64,000 nt of DNA. Source: Candidatus Firestoneibacteriota bacterium (GTDB taxonomy: Bacteria; Oederibacteriota; D2-FULL-39-29; JBBTED01). How positions within the stretch are numbered: the first letter of the stretch is position 1; each line of letters begins with the position of its first letter. The notes beneath the pieces are model-generated. The model ran no database searches, was not told the origin of the DNA, and was given only the letters and a program-made list of their open reading frames with translations. The position numbers and the translations under genes were made by a program. Shown here in pieces: positions 47,493 to 58,322 of this stretch. Location of the stretch: positions 37,651-101,650 of the forward strand of contig JBBTED010000027.1 in the NCBI GenBank assembly GCA_038042445.1, read 5' to 3'.

Positions 47493-49433
47493 TTATTTGT
47501 TTTTTTGGTATATCCATAACCCTGAATAGCCAGTACATATATAGAAATAATTATTCTTATATATCACTTTTTTATAAATATTAATATCTTTTATTCCGGG
47601 AATTTCAACTTCTTCAAGAAATTCCGGAGTTGAAGGATTTTCTAAATTTATAACAATAACAGAATCATCAGTAGTGATATATCCTTTTGAACCATCAATG
47701 AAAATTTTATATAGTTTCTTGCCTAATGGTGGCTTTAATTCAGACACTTTTTGCAAAGATAAAGGATTTTCAAAATTATATGTAATTATTTGCCCAAGCC
47801 AACCTGTTGTTGCATATAAATATTTATCTTTAAAAGCTGCTCCTTCATAAACAGATGAAGAATTCTTTTCAGTTTTATAAATTACATCCATTTTATGTCC
47901 CCTCTCATTTTTCTCTAATTTTAAAATATTTATAGCCCAACTATTTACAGCAACTGCATAAGTATCATCATATATAGTATCAGCAACTTGATGTAAAAAA
48001 TGTTCCAATTTTGTATCACTACCTGCAAGTTTGGGATTTTTTAAATCAGTTATATCAATATAATTTGCATCTCCCCAACCACTTGTCCTTGCTATAAGTT
48101 TATCCTTTGCCACCAAATATAAATCTGTTATGAGCTTATCTATACCTACATTTCCAATTACTTTTGGATTTTCCTTGTTTTCAATATCAACAACCTTTAG
48201 TCCTTTGGAACCACACGAAACATAAGCAACATTATCTTGCACTACTACATCATATACCACTCCTATATCTTTTATTTTCCCAATACATTCTCCAGGATTT
48301 TTAATTGACAAAATTTCCAATCCTTCTGTTCCAACAGCCACATAAATATAATTCTCATCAAGAAAACAAGACCTTATCTGACCTTTTGAAACATATTTAA
48401 TTATGTTTTCAGATTTGATAACACCTATTTCTCTTTTATTAGTAATTCTTGGCTGAACACCTGCTTCTACATATTGTTCACCTGCTAACTGCTCTGCTAA
48501 AATTAATTGCACACCTTTGTCATAATCTGCAACTAATACAATATCTTTTTTTATTGCAAGATTATGCGCATATCCTGGTGTATCAATTGAAGTTATTAAT
48601 TTTAGTTTGTCTGGTTGTGTAATATCAAAAATAAATAATCCATTATCTCCATCAACTAAAAATAAATTATTTCCACTTATTCCTACTTCCCAACAATCAG
48701 GACCTACCCTGTAATATTCTGGCGTTTTATATGAATCAACTACTTTAGCATTTTGAGGATCCGAAATATCCACTACACAAACTCCATGTCCTTTATGCCC
48801 TGTTGCTACATACGCATAATTATCTTTTATAACAACTCCCCAAGCATTTCCCTGAACTCCTACAGATTTATTTTTTTTTGGGTTTGCAGGATTAGAAATA
48901 TCAATTATTGTTAATGCTTTCAAATAATGTTCTCCAACATAAGCATAATTATCTTTTGATGCTACTCCTTGTGCTTCTGCTGTTTTTATTTTGCTAATAT
49001 ATTCTGGTTTTTCTGGATTGGAAATATCAATTAGTTCAAGACCAAACATTCTGTTACAGCAAAGAAGAATATTCCCATTTATTCCAAGTCCTGTAGCTTG
49101 TTCAATAGTATCATAAGTGGTTATGTATTGGGGTTTTGAAGGTTCATTTATTTTGTAAACGTGAATACCACCTAATCTTGCAGCAATAAATGCATAATCA
49201 CCTTTTAATTCAATATCATATCCTACACCATCGATCTTTGCCCTACCTAAAATTTTTGGGTTTTTAGCATCTGTAATATCAGCAGTAACAAATTCACTTT
49301 GCCCTACTATATAGGCAATATTTTCTTTAACTGCTACAGAACGAGCAGATGGAACTGGTATATTGGACAAAATTGAAACCTGTTCTCCACTACCATTCAC
49401 AGCAAATAAAAGCATAAACATAAAATCAATCAA
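47493..49433 (-). CDS. LVIVD-repeat beta-propeller protein, secreted
   Basis: Repeated units of type DNYAYVA..G...IDIS.P.NPK (PF08309 LVIVD repeat) occur at least eight times. Confidence 0.7.
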   Translation of the reverse strand: MIDFMFMLLFAVNGSGEQVSILSNIPVPSARSVAVKENIAYIVGQSEFVTADITDAKNPKILGRAKIDGVGYDIELKGDYAFIAARLGGIHVYKINEPSKPQYITTYDTIEQATGLGINGNILLCCNRMFGLELIDISNPEKPEYISKIKTAEAQGVASKDNYAYVGEHYLKALTIIDISNPANPKKNKSVGVQGNAWGVVIKDNYAYVATGHKGHGVCVVDISDPQNAKVVDSYKTPEYYRVGPDCWEVGISGNNLFLVDGDNGLFIFDITQPDKLKLITSIDTPGYAHNLAIKKDIVLVADYDKGVQLILAEQLAGEQYVEAGVQPRITNKREIGVIKSENIIKYVSKGQIRSCFLDENYIYVAVGTEGLEILSIKNPGECIGKIKDIGVVYDVVVQDNVAYVSCGSKGLKVVDIENKENPKVIGNVGIDKLITDLYLVAKDKLIARTSGWGDANYIDITDLKNPKLAGSDTKLEHFLHQVADTIYDDTYAVAVNSWAINILKLEKNERGHKMDVIYKTEKNSSSVYEGAAFKDKYLYATTGWLGQIITYNFENPLSLQKVSELKPPLGKKLYKIFIDGSKGYITTDDSVIVINLENPSTPEFLEEVEIPGIKDINIYKKVIYKNNYFYICTGYSGLWIYQKNK

Positions 49434-49516
49434 GTTTGATCTCCTACCGATTTTTTAGACACATAATTAGTTTATCATTCTAGTTCCCAAAACTCCACAA
49501 GAGAATTTATAGAATT

Positions 49517-52500
49517 TTATAATTTTTCTCCAGTAATTGCCAATATTATCGGAACAAGTTGGGTATTGAATGATATAATATCTATTGTTTCTACTATTTT
49601 TTCAGGATTTGGATTTCTCCATTCATAAATATATAATCCTCTGTCTTTACTGTTTTTCCATCCTACACGAACTTTATCATTTAAATCTTTTGGATTCCAC
49701 CAATCTGCTATTTGTGCATTTTCTGGATTCATACTATCTGAATAAATATCCTGTTCTATCTTTGTTTTATCAGAATAATGGATTATATATTTGTGCGAAC
49801 TTTCTCTTTGCCCTCCTGTCCATGCACTTACATGAAGAAAAAATAATCTCTTTGCCTGTTTGTTTACTGATATACCCTCAACCTTCTCTATGCCACCTTT
49901 CATTGATTTTGAACTCATCACTATGCAAGATGTATCTCTATTGAAATCAGGTCTAATTATATCATAAGGCACATTTAATAACGTTTGTATTCCATAGTCC
50001 ATTTCTTCTAAACTATTTTGTCTGCCCTGATCCGTCCAACCGCCTTCTCCATCTCCTTCAACCCTATCCACAAAATCTCTGTTCGTCCATTTCCGTATAT
50101 CCACTGTCCAACAATTATTAGGATTAACTTCAAAGTTTCGTTTCTTTTCTCCCTCTGTCTCATCTTTTTTTTGTTTTTCCTCTTTGTTCCTTTCCACTAT
50201 TGCTATTTTTTCATACTCTTTCGGTATCAAATTTTGCATAACTTCATTAAGTTTTGTTTTATTCCATGGGTTTTTGGAAAATACTATTAATACTCTATTT
50301 TGCGGCTGGAGTATTGTCCATATACCTTCTTGTAACTCTTTACTACTCCATTGCTTTTTACCACTTGGACTTATGTCCAATTTGCCTTCTAATGGTTCAT
50401 ACACATAGACACTATCTTTAATGAAATCACTTGGAATTATTACTTTGCCTAACTTTGTATACAAATCCCAATTCCATAGAAATACTGCTTTTGTATCTCC
50501 CCTATCTATTAATACCATTTCTACATTTGGCACTAACTTACTTTCTTTATCTACCACCTGAACTGGTATATTGATTTTTTCTTTTTCTAATATACTTACA
50601 ATTATTGACATTAAATGATAGTCTCTAAATAATCCTCCTATATAATAAATTTTGCCTTTGCCATATTCCTTCATCGTAATAACTGGTTTGTCTTCTACAC
50701 TACCTATTATTTCTGCTGTTTGAACTTCTACATCTCTGTTTAATAATCCACGTATTTTCCCTTTGAGTAAATTCGTCTGCGGGAAATGTAATGTTATTTC
50801 TCCTATTTTGGATTGTTTGCTTATAGCACTTTCCACTCCTGCCCAATTCTTATTCTCTAATTTATTCCCGTATTCATCGTATGCTATTGTATCCAACCCT
50901 AATATCAAAATTCCGCCGTCTTGAACAAACTTATCAAGATTTTCTTTCACTTTCGGCTCTACATAATTTATACCACCTGCAACTATTACTTTGTATTTCT
51001 TTTGTGCATTCTCATCTCGTATCTGCTCTTCAAGTATTGTATCAAAAGGATAATGACTATATTCTAATGCAGCATAATAATTCATCATTTCTTCAGACAT
51101 TGTTGGCTCTTTTGAAATATACGCAAATCTACGAGATGAGTACGAATGCAAATATGCTATTTCAGATTTTATTCCTTTGGGTCTTGGCACTACTATATCA
51201 TCTACTAATAACATTTCCTTTTTGAAATCTAAAATTCCAGGTAATGATGAAGTAGGATATCCATAAGGATTTAATATTAAATATGGAAAACGTTTAGCAA
51301 GTGCTATTCCACCTTCTTGTGTATTTGGTTTCCAATCCCAAGCTCTTCTTGTCCACACAAAAAGATAACCTGCATTTTCTCCGCGCATCATAACATTCCA
51401 AAATGCATTCTTCATTCCTTCTCGTGTTGGTTGTGGATATGCCATCTCCCCATCTACTATTGGTTTATCTGGAGCAATACTTCGCAATATACTCATTGTT
51501 ATGCTGCTTTTTACTGCTTCTAAATTTTGAATAGATGTATCAATAAGTTCTTTTGTTGGTTTTTTTGAACCTATTCCATAACCCTTTCCTCCTGCAGATG
51601 TAGGAGCTTGTATTGTATTGAAAATTTTATTTAGCTTGTAATAATTATATGATGACGTATGTGGATCTGCTGCTACATTACCCATTGGCTGACAAGTAAT
51701 TTGCACATTTTTTCGTGTATCAATTGCTTTTATTGTTTCTATTCCTTCTTTGTTTATTTGGACAAATCTATCCTCTAAAAATTTTGCGTAATCTACATAT
51801 AAACCTATATTTCCAATTTTACTTTTAAATTGAGCAACTTCTTCATAAGATGAATATTTTGTATTCCATATTTTATTTAATTCTTCTATATTTTTATATT
51901 TCGTTTCCAACCAGACTGCAAAATTCTTACGATTCTCATCACATTCACAAAAATATGATGGCTCATTAAATAATTCGTAAAAAAGTGGATTTCCATCGTT
52001 TTCTACAACTTTTTTTGTCCCGTATGCCCAATAAGTTTTATATAGTTTCATTCCATCTTCATTATCTGGATCAAATAGCAACCAATGTTGTTTTAAATTT
52101 GGGTCTGATTTGGCTTTTTCAGGTATTAATTTAGTATTTGCTAATTGTCCACCTGCCCAGGGAAACATTGTAAAATCTACATAAATAGGTAATTTTATCT
52201 CTTTTATAAATCTATCATGTCGGGATTCATTGCTTTTATCATCTAATGTCCTTATATTAGAACTATATTTTTCTTGAACCCATCCATTTGAAGAGAAAAA
52301 ACCTAATGTGTCAAATCCTAATTTTTGTGCTTCTTCATATCCCATAATTTTTTCATATATCCATTTGTATTTTTGGGCATATCCAGGTGTAGTTATTTTC
52401 TCTGATGTCGCTGTATTAAAATCTCCTTCTGCTAATTCTGTCCCTATAAGAAATCTTGGTTTGCCTGAAACAATATAATTAGGTCCTTCTATTTTTATTT

Positions 52501-53260
52501 CTTCAGGCATAAGAATACTTTTATCCAAATCATTAAATTCAGAAAAATACACATCTTCTTCTACTTTATCTTGTATATTTTTCACCTCTTGCTTGGCAGG
52601 AGAAATTTTTACATCAGTAATATAAAAACCAGATTGTGGAGTAGAACTGCCGTAAAATTGGAAAGATATACTTATAATACCTATAATTTCATCAATATTA
52701 ACTTTGTCTAAATATAGCTTTATAGGAATGTTTACTTCCTGCCATGTATCAGAATCATTATCTATAGTTTTCCCATCTAAATATTCTTTTATTAGTATAT
52801 ATCTGGACACTTCTCCTGCTTTTGGTATCCATTTAGTATTATCACGTTTTAAAAATCCCAAAAGAACTTGTATATCTTGGCTTCCCTGAAAACGTCCTAA
52901 TATATCTTTACCACCATTTATATAAAAACTCAAAATCCCATCTTCTAAATAAGATTTTTTAATCATTATCGCATTTGAAAACTCTTTAGTATCTTTATCA
53001 GAAAAAGTTGCACCGCTCCATGGTTTACCAGTATTAGGATCTATATCTATCTGTATAGACAAAGCTTTCCCTTCTTTTACTATTTCCATGTTTTCAGTTA
53101 CAATAGTTCCCCACCATTTTGAAACTGAAATTTCCCAACCAGAAGCAAGCCCTGTTTTCCCAGAAATAATATCTATTTGTTCCTGAGCTGAGATATTCCC
53201 CACTATAAATAAAACAAAAATAACCAGCATTTTCACTGCTACTTTTATTTTTTTAATCAT
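49517..53260 (-). CDS. Large secreted multidomain glycoside hydrolase-like protein (clan GH-A-like TIM barrel with NEP acid/base motif)
   Basis: Signal peptide. FYELFNEPSYF resembles the GH-A NEP catalytic motif. 1247 aa with N-terminal beta-sandwich and C-terminal beta-rich domains. Confidence 0.45.
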   Translation of the reverse strand: MIKKIKVAVKMLVIFVLFIVGNISAQEQIDIISGKTGLASGWEISVSKWWGTIVTENMEIVKEGKALSIQIDIDPNTGKPWSGATFSDKDTKEFSNAIMIKKSYLEDGILSFYINGGKDILGRFQGSQDIQVLLGFLKRDNTKWIPKAGEVSRYILIKEYLDGKTIDNDSDTWQEVNIPIKLYLDKVNIDEIIGIISISFQFYGSSTPQSGFYITDVKISPAKQEVKNIQDKVEEDVYFSEFNDLDKSILMPEEIKIEGPNYIVSGKPRFLIGTELAEGDFNTATSEKITTPGYAQKYKWIYEKIMGYEEAQKLGFDTLGFFSSNGWVQEKYSSNIRTLDDKSNESRHDRFIKEIKLPIYVDFTMFPWAGGQLANTKLIPEKAKSDPNLKQHWLLFDPDNEDGMKLYKTYWAYGTKKVVENDGNPLFYELFNEPSYFCECDENRKNFAVWLETKYKNIEELNKIWNTKYSSYEEVAQFKSKIGNIGLYVDYAKFLEDRFVQINKEGIETIKAIDTRKNVQITCQPMGNVAADPHTSSYNYYKLNKIFNTIQAPTSAGGKGYGIGSKKPTKELIDTSIQNLEAVKSSITMSILRSIAPDKPIVDGEMAYPQPTREGMKNAFWNVMMRGENAGYLFVWTRRAWDWKPNTQEGGIALAKRFPYLILNPYGYPTSSLPGILDFKKEMLLVDDIVVPRPKGIKSEIAYLHSYSSRRFAYISKEPTMSEEMMNYYAALEYSHYPFDTILEEQIRDENAQKKYKVIVAGGINYVEPKVKENLDKFVQDGGILILGLDTIAYDEYGNKLENKNWAGVESAISKQSKIGEITLHFPQTNLLKGKIRGLLNRDVEVQTAEIIGSVEDKPVITMKEYGKGKIYYIGGLFRDYHLMSIIVSILEKEKINIPVQVVDKESKLVPNVEMVLIDRGDTKAVFLWNWDLYTKLGKVIIPSDFIKDSVYVYEPLEGKLDISPSGKKQWSSKELQEGIWTILQPQNRVLIVFSKNPWNKTKLNEVMQNLIPKEYEKIAIVERNKEEKQKKDETEGEKKRNFEVNPNNCWTVDIRKWTNRDFVDRVEGDGEGGWTDQGRQNSLEEMDYGIQTLLNVPYDIIRPDFNRDTSCIVMSSKSMKGGIEKVEGISVNKQAKRLFFLHVSAWTGGQRESSHKYIIHYSDKTKIEQDIYSDSMNPENAQIADWWNPKDLNDKVRVGWKNSKDRGLYIYEWRNPNPEKIVETIDIISFNTQLVPIILAITGEKL

Positions 53261-53449
53261 ATAGCTCCCTAATTATTAACAATGGTAATAATTTTCTGTT
53301 TATTATTTGTATTGTAATAGATTAGCTATTTAAAGTAAATTCTTAATTACCTACAGCGCACAATTCAGACAGTAGACTACAGACTAAAATCTATTAGTCT
53401 AATGTCTATCGTCTTAAGTCTATTTTTACTTTATCACTGATATTTTGCC

Positions 53450-53570
53450 TAATATAAGTATGCTATATTTATGGAAATTAGCAAGGCAATGAACTTGCTA
53501 TTTAGGGGTGTATTTTGCTAATAAGTGGACTATTTTGCTATACAGGTGGACAATCTTGCTATTTAGTTTG
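53450..53570. promoter_or_regulatory. Array of direct repeats (T)TTGCTA(T) at about 20-21 bp phasing upstream of the large GH gene and downstream of the AraC-SBP regulator gene
   Basis: TTGCTA is at 53495, 53515, 53535 and 53556, with a degenerate copy ATGCTA at 53459. Confidence 0.45.
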
Positions 53571-53647
53571 ATGAAAACTATTTAAAATAGTTTAGCCGTT
53601 GTAAAAACCGTTAAAAAAGATAATCAAAATAGCTATATAATGTTTAT

Positions 53648-53696
53648 GTAGTTGCCGATTCATCGGCAAAAAATCAGCTGATAAATCAGCAACTAC
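53648..53696. repeat. Palindromic repeat family E, copy 3 (inverted arm order)
   Basis: gtagttgccgattcatcggc aaaaaatca gctgataaatcagcaactac. Confidence 0.7.
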
Positions 53697-53733
53697 AAAT
53701 TAAAATATATTTAAAATACAAATACTTAAAAAT

Positions 53734-55317
53734 TTAACTTATAACGGCTAAGCTATTACAACTATTTTTATAGTGCTCCGGAGTAGTTCCTGTTAAACGT
53801 TTGAATATTCTGGCAAAATATTTAGGATCAGTAATACCACTTTCATAAGCGACTTTTTTTACACTCACATTTGGATATTGTTTTAATAATCTAATAGCAT
53901 TTTTAAGCCTAATATCCTGCAAATACTTTATCGCACTTTGTCCTGTTTCTTTTTTGAAGATATGCGCAAAATGTGTATGACTTAATCCTACATATTCTGA
54001 AATTTGAGACAGAGAAATACTCTTTTCAAAATTATTTTTCATAAACTCTGTGCCCTTTTTAATAACATTAGAATATTTCCTTTCATTAATAATACTTTCT
54101 ATTTCATTTTCCATATTTTTTAGTGCATCTTTAATTTTTATTTCACCACTCAAACATAAAGATACATTTTTATTGATTGCAGGATATATTTTATAATAAA
54201 AAGGAATACTTGAGAAAAATCTACCATTAGAAAGCAATTTACTCGCACAAGCAGGATTGAATTTTATATAATATGGTTGAGACTGCAATGGTTCATCAAA
54301 TACATATTGAAACCTTGAAAATGGCCAATTCCATTTCTTATCTAAATTTTTGCACATTTTAGGGTTTGAGAAAAAACAAAATAATTTTTTTGCTATTTCA
54401 ATATATTTAGTATTCTTTGGGACTACATAACTTCCACCTCCAGCAAGTGAAAAATGGTTTTTGCCAGAAGGTCCAATAGGAGTAAGCATATATCCAAATT
54501 TATTTTTTATTTTTGATTTTTTACATTTAACAAAATTTAATATTGCATCTGTCCAATGATGAAGGAATATACCTTTGCCATACATAAAGTCATCTACAAA
54601 TTTATAATTATCACGAGTTAAATAATCTTTTGGAAAAAATTTATATTTGTGAATGAGTTTATGGAAAAAATCTAAAGTTTCAGCGGATTCTTTGCTATTT
54701 ATAATTAAATTTTTCTCTGTGTCAAAAATATCCCCGCCATTTGACCATAAATATTCAATGAAATTTTCTCCTATTCTTTTCCCACCACGAAACATATAAC
54801 CCCACAAGTCATTTTTTCCATTCTTTAACATTTCACTACATTGAAATATTAATTCTTCCCATGTTTTTGGACCCCCCAAAAAACCATATTTGTCCAATAT
54901 ATCCTTTCTGTAAAATAATGTTCCAAATGCTATATTTTTAGGTATACCATAAATATGTCCATTAAATATATTGTCTGACACTTGAACTAAATTTTCATTA
55001 ATTTTTTCGGCTATGGTTTGTCTTTTTTCACCAAACCATATTTTTTTAGGTAATAATTCATCAAGAGGCATAAGAAACCCTTTTTCTGCTAATTCTTGTA
55101 TACAAAAATGCATATGCGCAAGTGATATAAAACAAATATTTGTTGATGGCTTTTTAAATTCATTTACAAGTTCGTTGCCAAAAACTTCTGTTGGAGGTGT
55201 AATATAAGCAATTTTACATTTAGGAAAGAATTTTTTAACTTCTATATTTAATTCAATTGGATATTTGCTTGTCCCATAAGGAAATCCATAATCTGCTACA
55301 ATAGGTTTATCTTTCAT
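53734..55317 (-). CDS. One-component regulator: periplasmic-binding-protein-like sugar-binding domain fused to an AraC HTH
   Basis: The C-terminal 100 aa are an AraC HTH (LSQISEYVGLSHTHFAHIFKKETGQSAIKYLQDIRL). The N-terminal 400 aa have a solute-binding protein family 1 pattern. Confidence 0.65.
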   Translation of the reverse strand: MKDKPIVADYGFPYGTSKYPIELNIEVKKFFPKCKIAYITPPTEVFGNELVNEFKKPSTNICFISLAHMHFCIQELAEKGFLMPLDELLPKKIWFGEKRQTIAEKINENLVQVSDNIFNGHIYGIPKNIAFGTLFYRKDILDKYGFLGGPKTWEELIFQCSEMLKNGKNDLWGYMFRGGKRIGENFIEYLWSNGGDIFDTEKNLIINSKESAETLDFFHKLIHKYKFFPKDYLTRDNYKFVDDFMYGKGIFLHHWTDAILNFVKCKKSKIKNKFGYMLTPIGPSGKNHFSLAGGGSYVVPKNTKYIEIAKKLFCFFSNPKMCKNLDKKWNWPFSRFQYVFDEPLQSQPYYIKFNPACASKLLSNGRFFSSIPFYYKIYPAINKNVSLCLSGEIKIKDALKNMENEIESIINERKYSNVIKKGTEFMKNNFEKSISLSQISEYVGLSHTHFAHIFKKETGQSAIKYLQDIRLKNAIRLLKQYPNVSVKKVAYESGITDPKYFARIFKRLTGTTPEHYKNSCNSLAVIS

Positions 55318-55323
55318 TGTTGT

Positions 55324-55929
55324 TTAAACTAAATGGCGGCCTTCAAGTGCGCGAACAAGTGTAACAGAATCTGCATATTCTATATCTGCACCTGCTGGCA
55401 AACCTGAAGCAATTCTGCTGGTTTTTATGTTTAGTGGTTTGATTAATTTAGATAAATATAGTGCAGTTGCTTCACCTTCTACACCTGCATTTGTTGCCAA
55501 AATTACTTCTTTGACATTATTAGATTTCAGACGAGAAATTAAATTGGTTATTTTTAACTCATCAGGACCTATGCCGTCTAATGGAGAAAGCGCACCCATT
55601 AAAACATAATAGACTCCATTGTAACTGTAAGTTTTTTCAATAGCAATCACATCAATTGGATTATGCACAACGCATATAACAGAACTATCTCTTTTTAAAT
55701 CAGAACAAACTCCACACAATTCCTGTTCTGCAAAATTATTGCAAGACTTACAATAGCCGATTTTAGCTTTTGCCTCAGTGATTGCTGTGGTCAAATTTTT
55801 CGCTTCTTCTGAATTTGATTTTAAAATATAAAATGCCAATCTCTGCGCGGTTTTAGGACCAACACCAGGCAATTTCTCTAATTCTTGAATTAATTTTTCT
55901 AAAGATTCAGCGAACAATCCTACCCCCAA
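55324..55929 (-). CDS. recR: Recombination protein RecR
   Basis: LIQELEKLPGVGPKTAQRLAFYIL is a helix-hairpin-helix. It also has a C4 zinc finger (CKSCNNFAEQELCGVCSD) and a Toprim domain. Confidence 0.9.
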   Translation of the reverse strand: MGVGLFAESLEKLIQELEKLPGVGPKTAQRLAFYILKSNSEEAKNLTTAITEAKAKIGYCKSCNNFAEQELCGVCSDLKRDSSVICVVHNPIDVIAIEKTYSYNGVYYVLMGALSPLDGIGPDELKITNLISRLKSNNVKEVILATNAGVEGEATALYLSKLIKPLNIKTSRIASGLPAGADIEYADSVTLVRALEGRHLV

Positions 55930-57763
55930 AAATATTTTTTGCAGATTTTAATATTTGTGGATTATCAGTAGCTATTTTTGATTCACCTGATTTAACTGTA
56001 TTAGTAGAAACACCATTTTCTTCAGTCATGGTTTCCTCCACAACTGGACTTACGCTTTCGGTCATTCGCTCAGGAGAACTCCTTTCAGTCGAACCTATAT
56101 CATTCCCTTCGGTCTCACTTCCAGTATTCCTTTCAGTCTCAGAAATATGTGTTTTTTTAACAACAAATTTTAATCTTACTTTAGTATGCATTTCATTTTC
56201 AAACACTACTTCAACTATTTTTTTATTTTCTGGTCTTTCCAAACTTCCTTTATTAAAATCATTTACAACCTCAATCATTATTGTATCATTTTCATATTTA
56301 GCAGGTTGGGCATTTATAAGAAGTGAATGTATCCGTTTATTTTCCTGCCCTATTTTTTCCAGAACAAACTGCCACATTTTTTTTATTTTTTGAATATCCA
56401 ATTTGGTGTCTTTTGAATTTGGGACCTCTTCAATTTCATTTACACTTAATATTTTTTCAGCGTTATCCTGAGTATTCACTTCCAGTATTCCTTTCAGTCT
56501 CACCTGCACGTTTTTGGTTACACCATTCCCTTTGGTCTCAGAAACTTCAACAGGAACTTTTTTCTCTGATGTTTTATTTGTACTTCCAGTATTCCTTTCA
56601 GTCATGGTTCCACCATTCTCTTTGGTTGCCGAGCCAATATACTTATCTTCACTATACCGCTCGCTTTGCTCGGGTATAGGGCTTGCCGTTTTTATAAGTC
56701 TTATAACAGCAATTTCCACTAATAACCTCTGTTGATCTGAACGTTTTAATTTTCCATCAAGATCTGACAAAATGCTTATTTTCTCCATTATATCTTGTAT
56801 TGAAAACTTATCTGCATGCTGTTTGATTGTAGGTAAAAGTGATGTTTCAATATCTACTATTTCTTCCATTTTTATTTTGCACATTAATAAATCTCGTGCA
56901 TATTGAAGCCAATCTTTTACAAATCTTGGTATATTGCAACCTTTTTTAACAAGTTCATCTACTAATTTCAAACCAGCTCTTGTATCCTGATTATACATTG
57001 CTGTATCAAATTTTATAAACTCTTCTATATCAACTATTCCTAAAGCAGATGTTACATCTTTATATTTGATTTCATTCTCTGTAAAACTTATGAGCTGGTC
57101 AAAAATACTCTGAGCATCTCTTAGTGAACCATCAACTGCTCTTGCAATATATGCCAAAGCTTCTTTTTCCACTTTGATATTCTCGCCTTTTGCAATTTGA
57201 TTTAAATTATCAATTATCTCCTGAACAGTCATTCGCTTAAAATAAAATTTTTGGCATCGCGACTGAATTGTAAGTGGAATTTTATTTGCTTCTGTTGTAG
57301 CCAGTATAAAAATAACATGAGCAGGCGGCTCTTCTAAAGTTTTAAGCAAAGCATTAAATGCCGGCTCTGTCAACATATGCACTTCATCTATTATGTATAC
57401 CTTATAAGAACATCTGGTAGGTGTAAACCGCACATTTTCCCGTAATTCTCTTATTTCATCTATTCCACGGTTAGATGCTGCATCCATTTCTATGATATCA
57501 AGTGATGCTCCTGAAGAAATTTCTTTGCATATTGAACATTCATTGCAAGGTTCAGCATTAGCACCTTTTTCACAATTAATTGCTTTTGCTAAAATTCTGG
57601 CAGTAGTAGTTTTTCCAACTCCACGTGGTCCGGCAAATAAATAGGCATGAGCTATTCTTTTGGAAATAACTGCATTTTTTAGAGTTGTAGTTATATGTTC
57701 CTGACCAACTATATCACTAAAAGATTTAGGTCTATATTTTCTGGCAAAAACTATATAGGACAT
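55907..57763 (-). CDS. dnaX: DNA polymerase III subunit gamma/tau
   Basis: YRPKSFSDIVGQEH...LFAGPRGVGKTTTARILAKAINC (Walker A plus zinc module CEKG...CNECSIC), the DEVHML box, and a low-complexity C-terminal linker with TERNTGS repeats. Confidence 0.9.
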   Translation of the reverse strand: MSYIVFARKYRPKSFSDIVGQEHITTTLKNAVISKRIAHAYLFAGPRGVGKTTTARILAKAINCEKGANAEPCNECSICKEISSGASLDIIEMDAASNRGIDEIRELRENVRFTPTRCSYKVYIIDEVHMLTEPAFNALLKTLEEPPAHVIFILATTEANKIPLTIQSRCQKFYFKRMTVQEIIDNLNQIAKGENIKVEKEALAYIARAVDGSLRDAQSIFDQLISFTENEIKYKDVTSALGIVDIEEFIKFDTAMYNQDTRAGLKLVDELVKKGCNIPRFVKDWLQYARDLLMCKIKMEEIVDIETSLLPTIKQHADKFSIQDIMEKISILSDLDGKLKRSDQQRLLVEIAVIRLIKTASPIPEQSERYSEDKYIGSATKENGGTMTERNTGSTNKTSEKKVPVEVSETKGNGVTKNVQVRLKGILEVNTQDNAEKILSVNEIEEVPNSKDTKLDIQKIKKMWQFVLEKIGQENKRIHSLLINAQPAKYENDTIMIEVVNDFNKGSLERPENKKIVEVVFENEMHTKVRLKFVVKKTHISETERNTGSETEGNDIGSTERSSPERMTESVSPVVEETMTEENGVSTNTVKSGESKIATDNPQILKSAKNIFGGRIVR

Positions 57764-58308
57764 TAGACGAACCCAATTTTTTCTTGGTCTTTCAGATATT
57801 TTTTCCTGTTCTGGTTAAATATAAATCTATTGAGTTTTATCTGGTCATTTCCAAGATTCATAAAAGTCACACCAAAACAATAATATCTGTCAGATAATTT
57901 TTCTGCTCGGACTATACTTCCCTGGATATTTTCAAATTTTTCCTCGCCTTGAATTTGAAAATCCAAAAATACCTGAGTTTTAATATCCAATTCTTTATCT
58001 ACAACTACTGCAGCACCCATAGAACTTATATTAATAAGAACACCATTAAAAACAACCTCTTCTGAATTTCGTGTATTGATATCAACACCTGCAAGAACAT
58101 TAATCCTCTGATAAATTCTTTTTTCAGGGCTGTATTCATAAACTTTCTGCAGTAGAGCTGCTATACCTTTTTCTATTAATTCCTCTGCGCAATCTTCACA
58201 ATAATCCATTTTTAAAATTTTGATATGGCATGCGGTACAAATTGGATTATTGCAAATAGTACATTCTGCAATAGCTTCTTTATCTATATGTCTAAAACAA
58301 TTTGTCAT
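57763..58308 (-). CDS. PilZ-like domain protein with N-terminal zinc ribbon
   Basis: CTICNNPICTACH...CEDC zinc ribbon. The C-terminus has a PilZ-like pattern. The start is trimmed to the internal MTNCFRH (58308), because the longer ORF overlaps the tRNA. Confidence 0.45.
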   Translation of the reverse strand: MTNCFRHIDKEAIAECTICNNPICTACHIKILKMDYCEDCAEELIEKGIAALLQKVYEYSPEKRIYQRINVLAGVDINTRNSEEVVFNGVLINISSMGAAVVVDKELDIKTQVFLDFQIQGEEKFENIQGSIVRAEKLSDRYYCFGVTFMNLGNDQIKLNRFIFNQNRKKYLKDQEKIGFV

Positions 58309-58322
58309 AAATATTATTGCTT

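Noticed and set aside
50018-51523. Several plus-strand ORFs of 60-120 aa inside the 1247-aa hydrolase gene
   Set aside because: They are antisense to a single long signal-peptide-bearing frame. The translations are Leu/Phe/Ser-rich, as expected for the reverse frame of AT-rich coding DNA.
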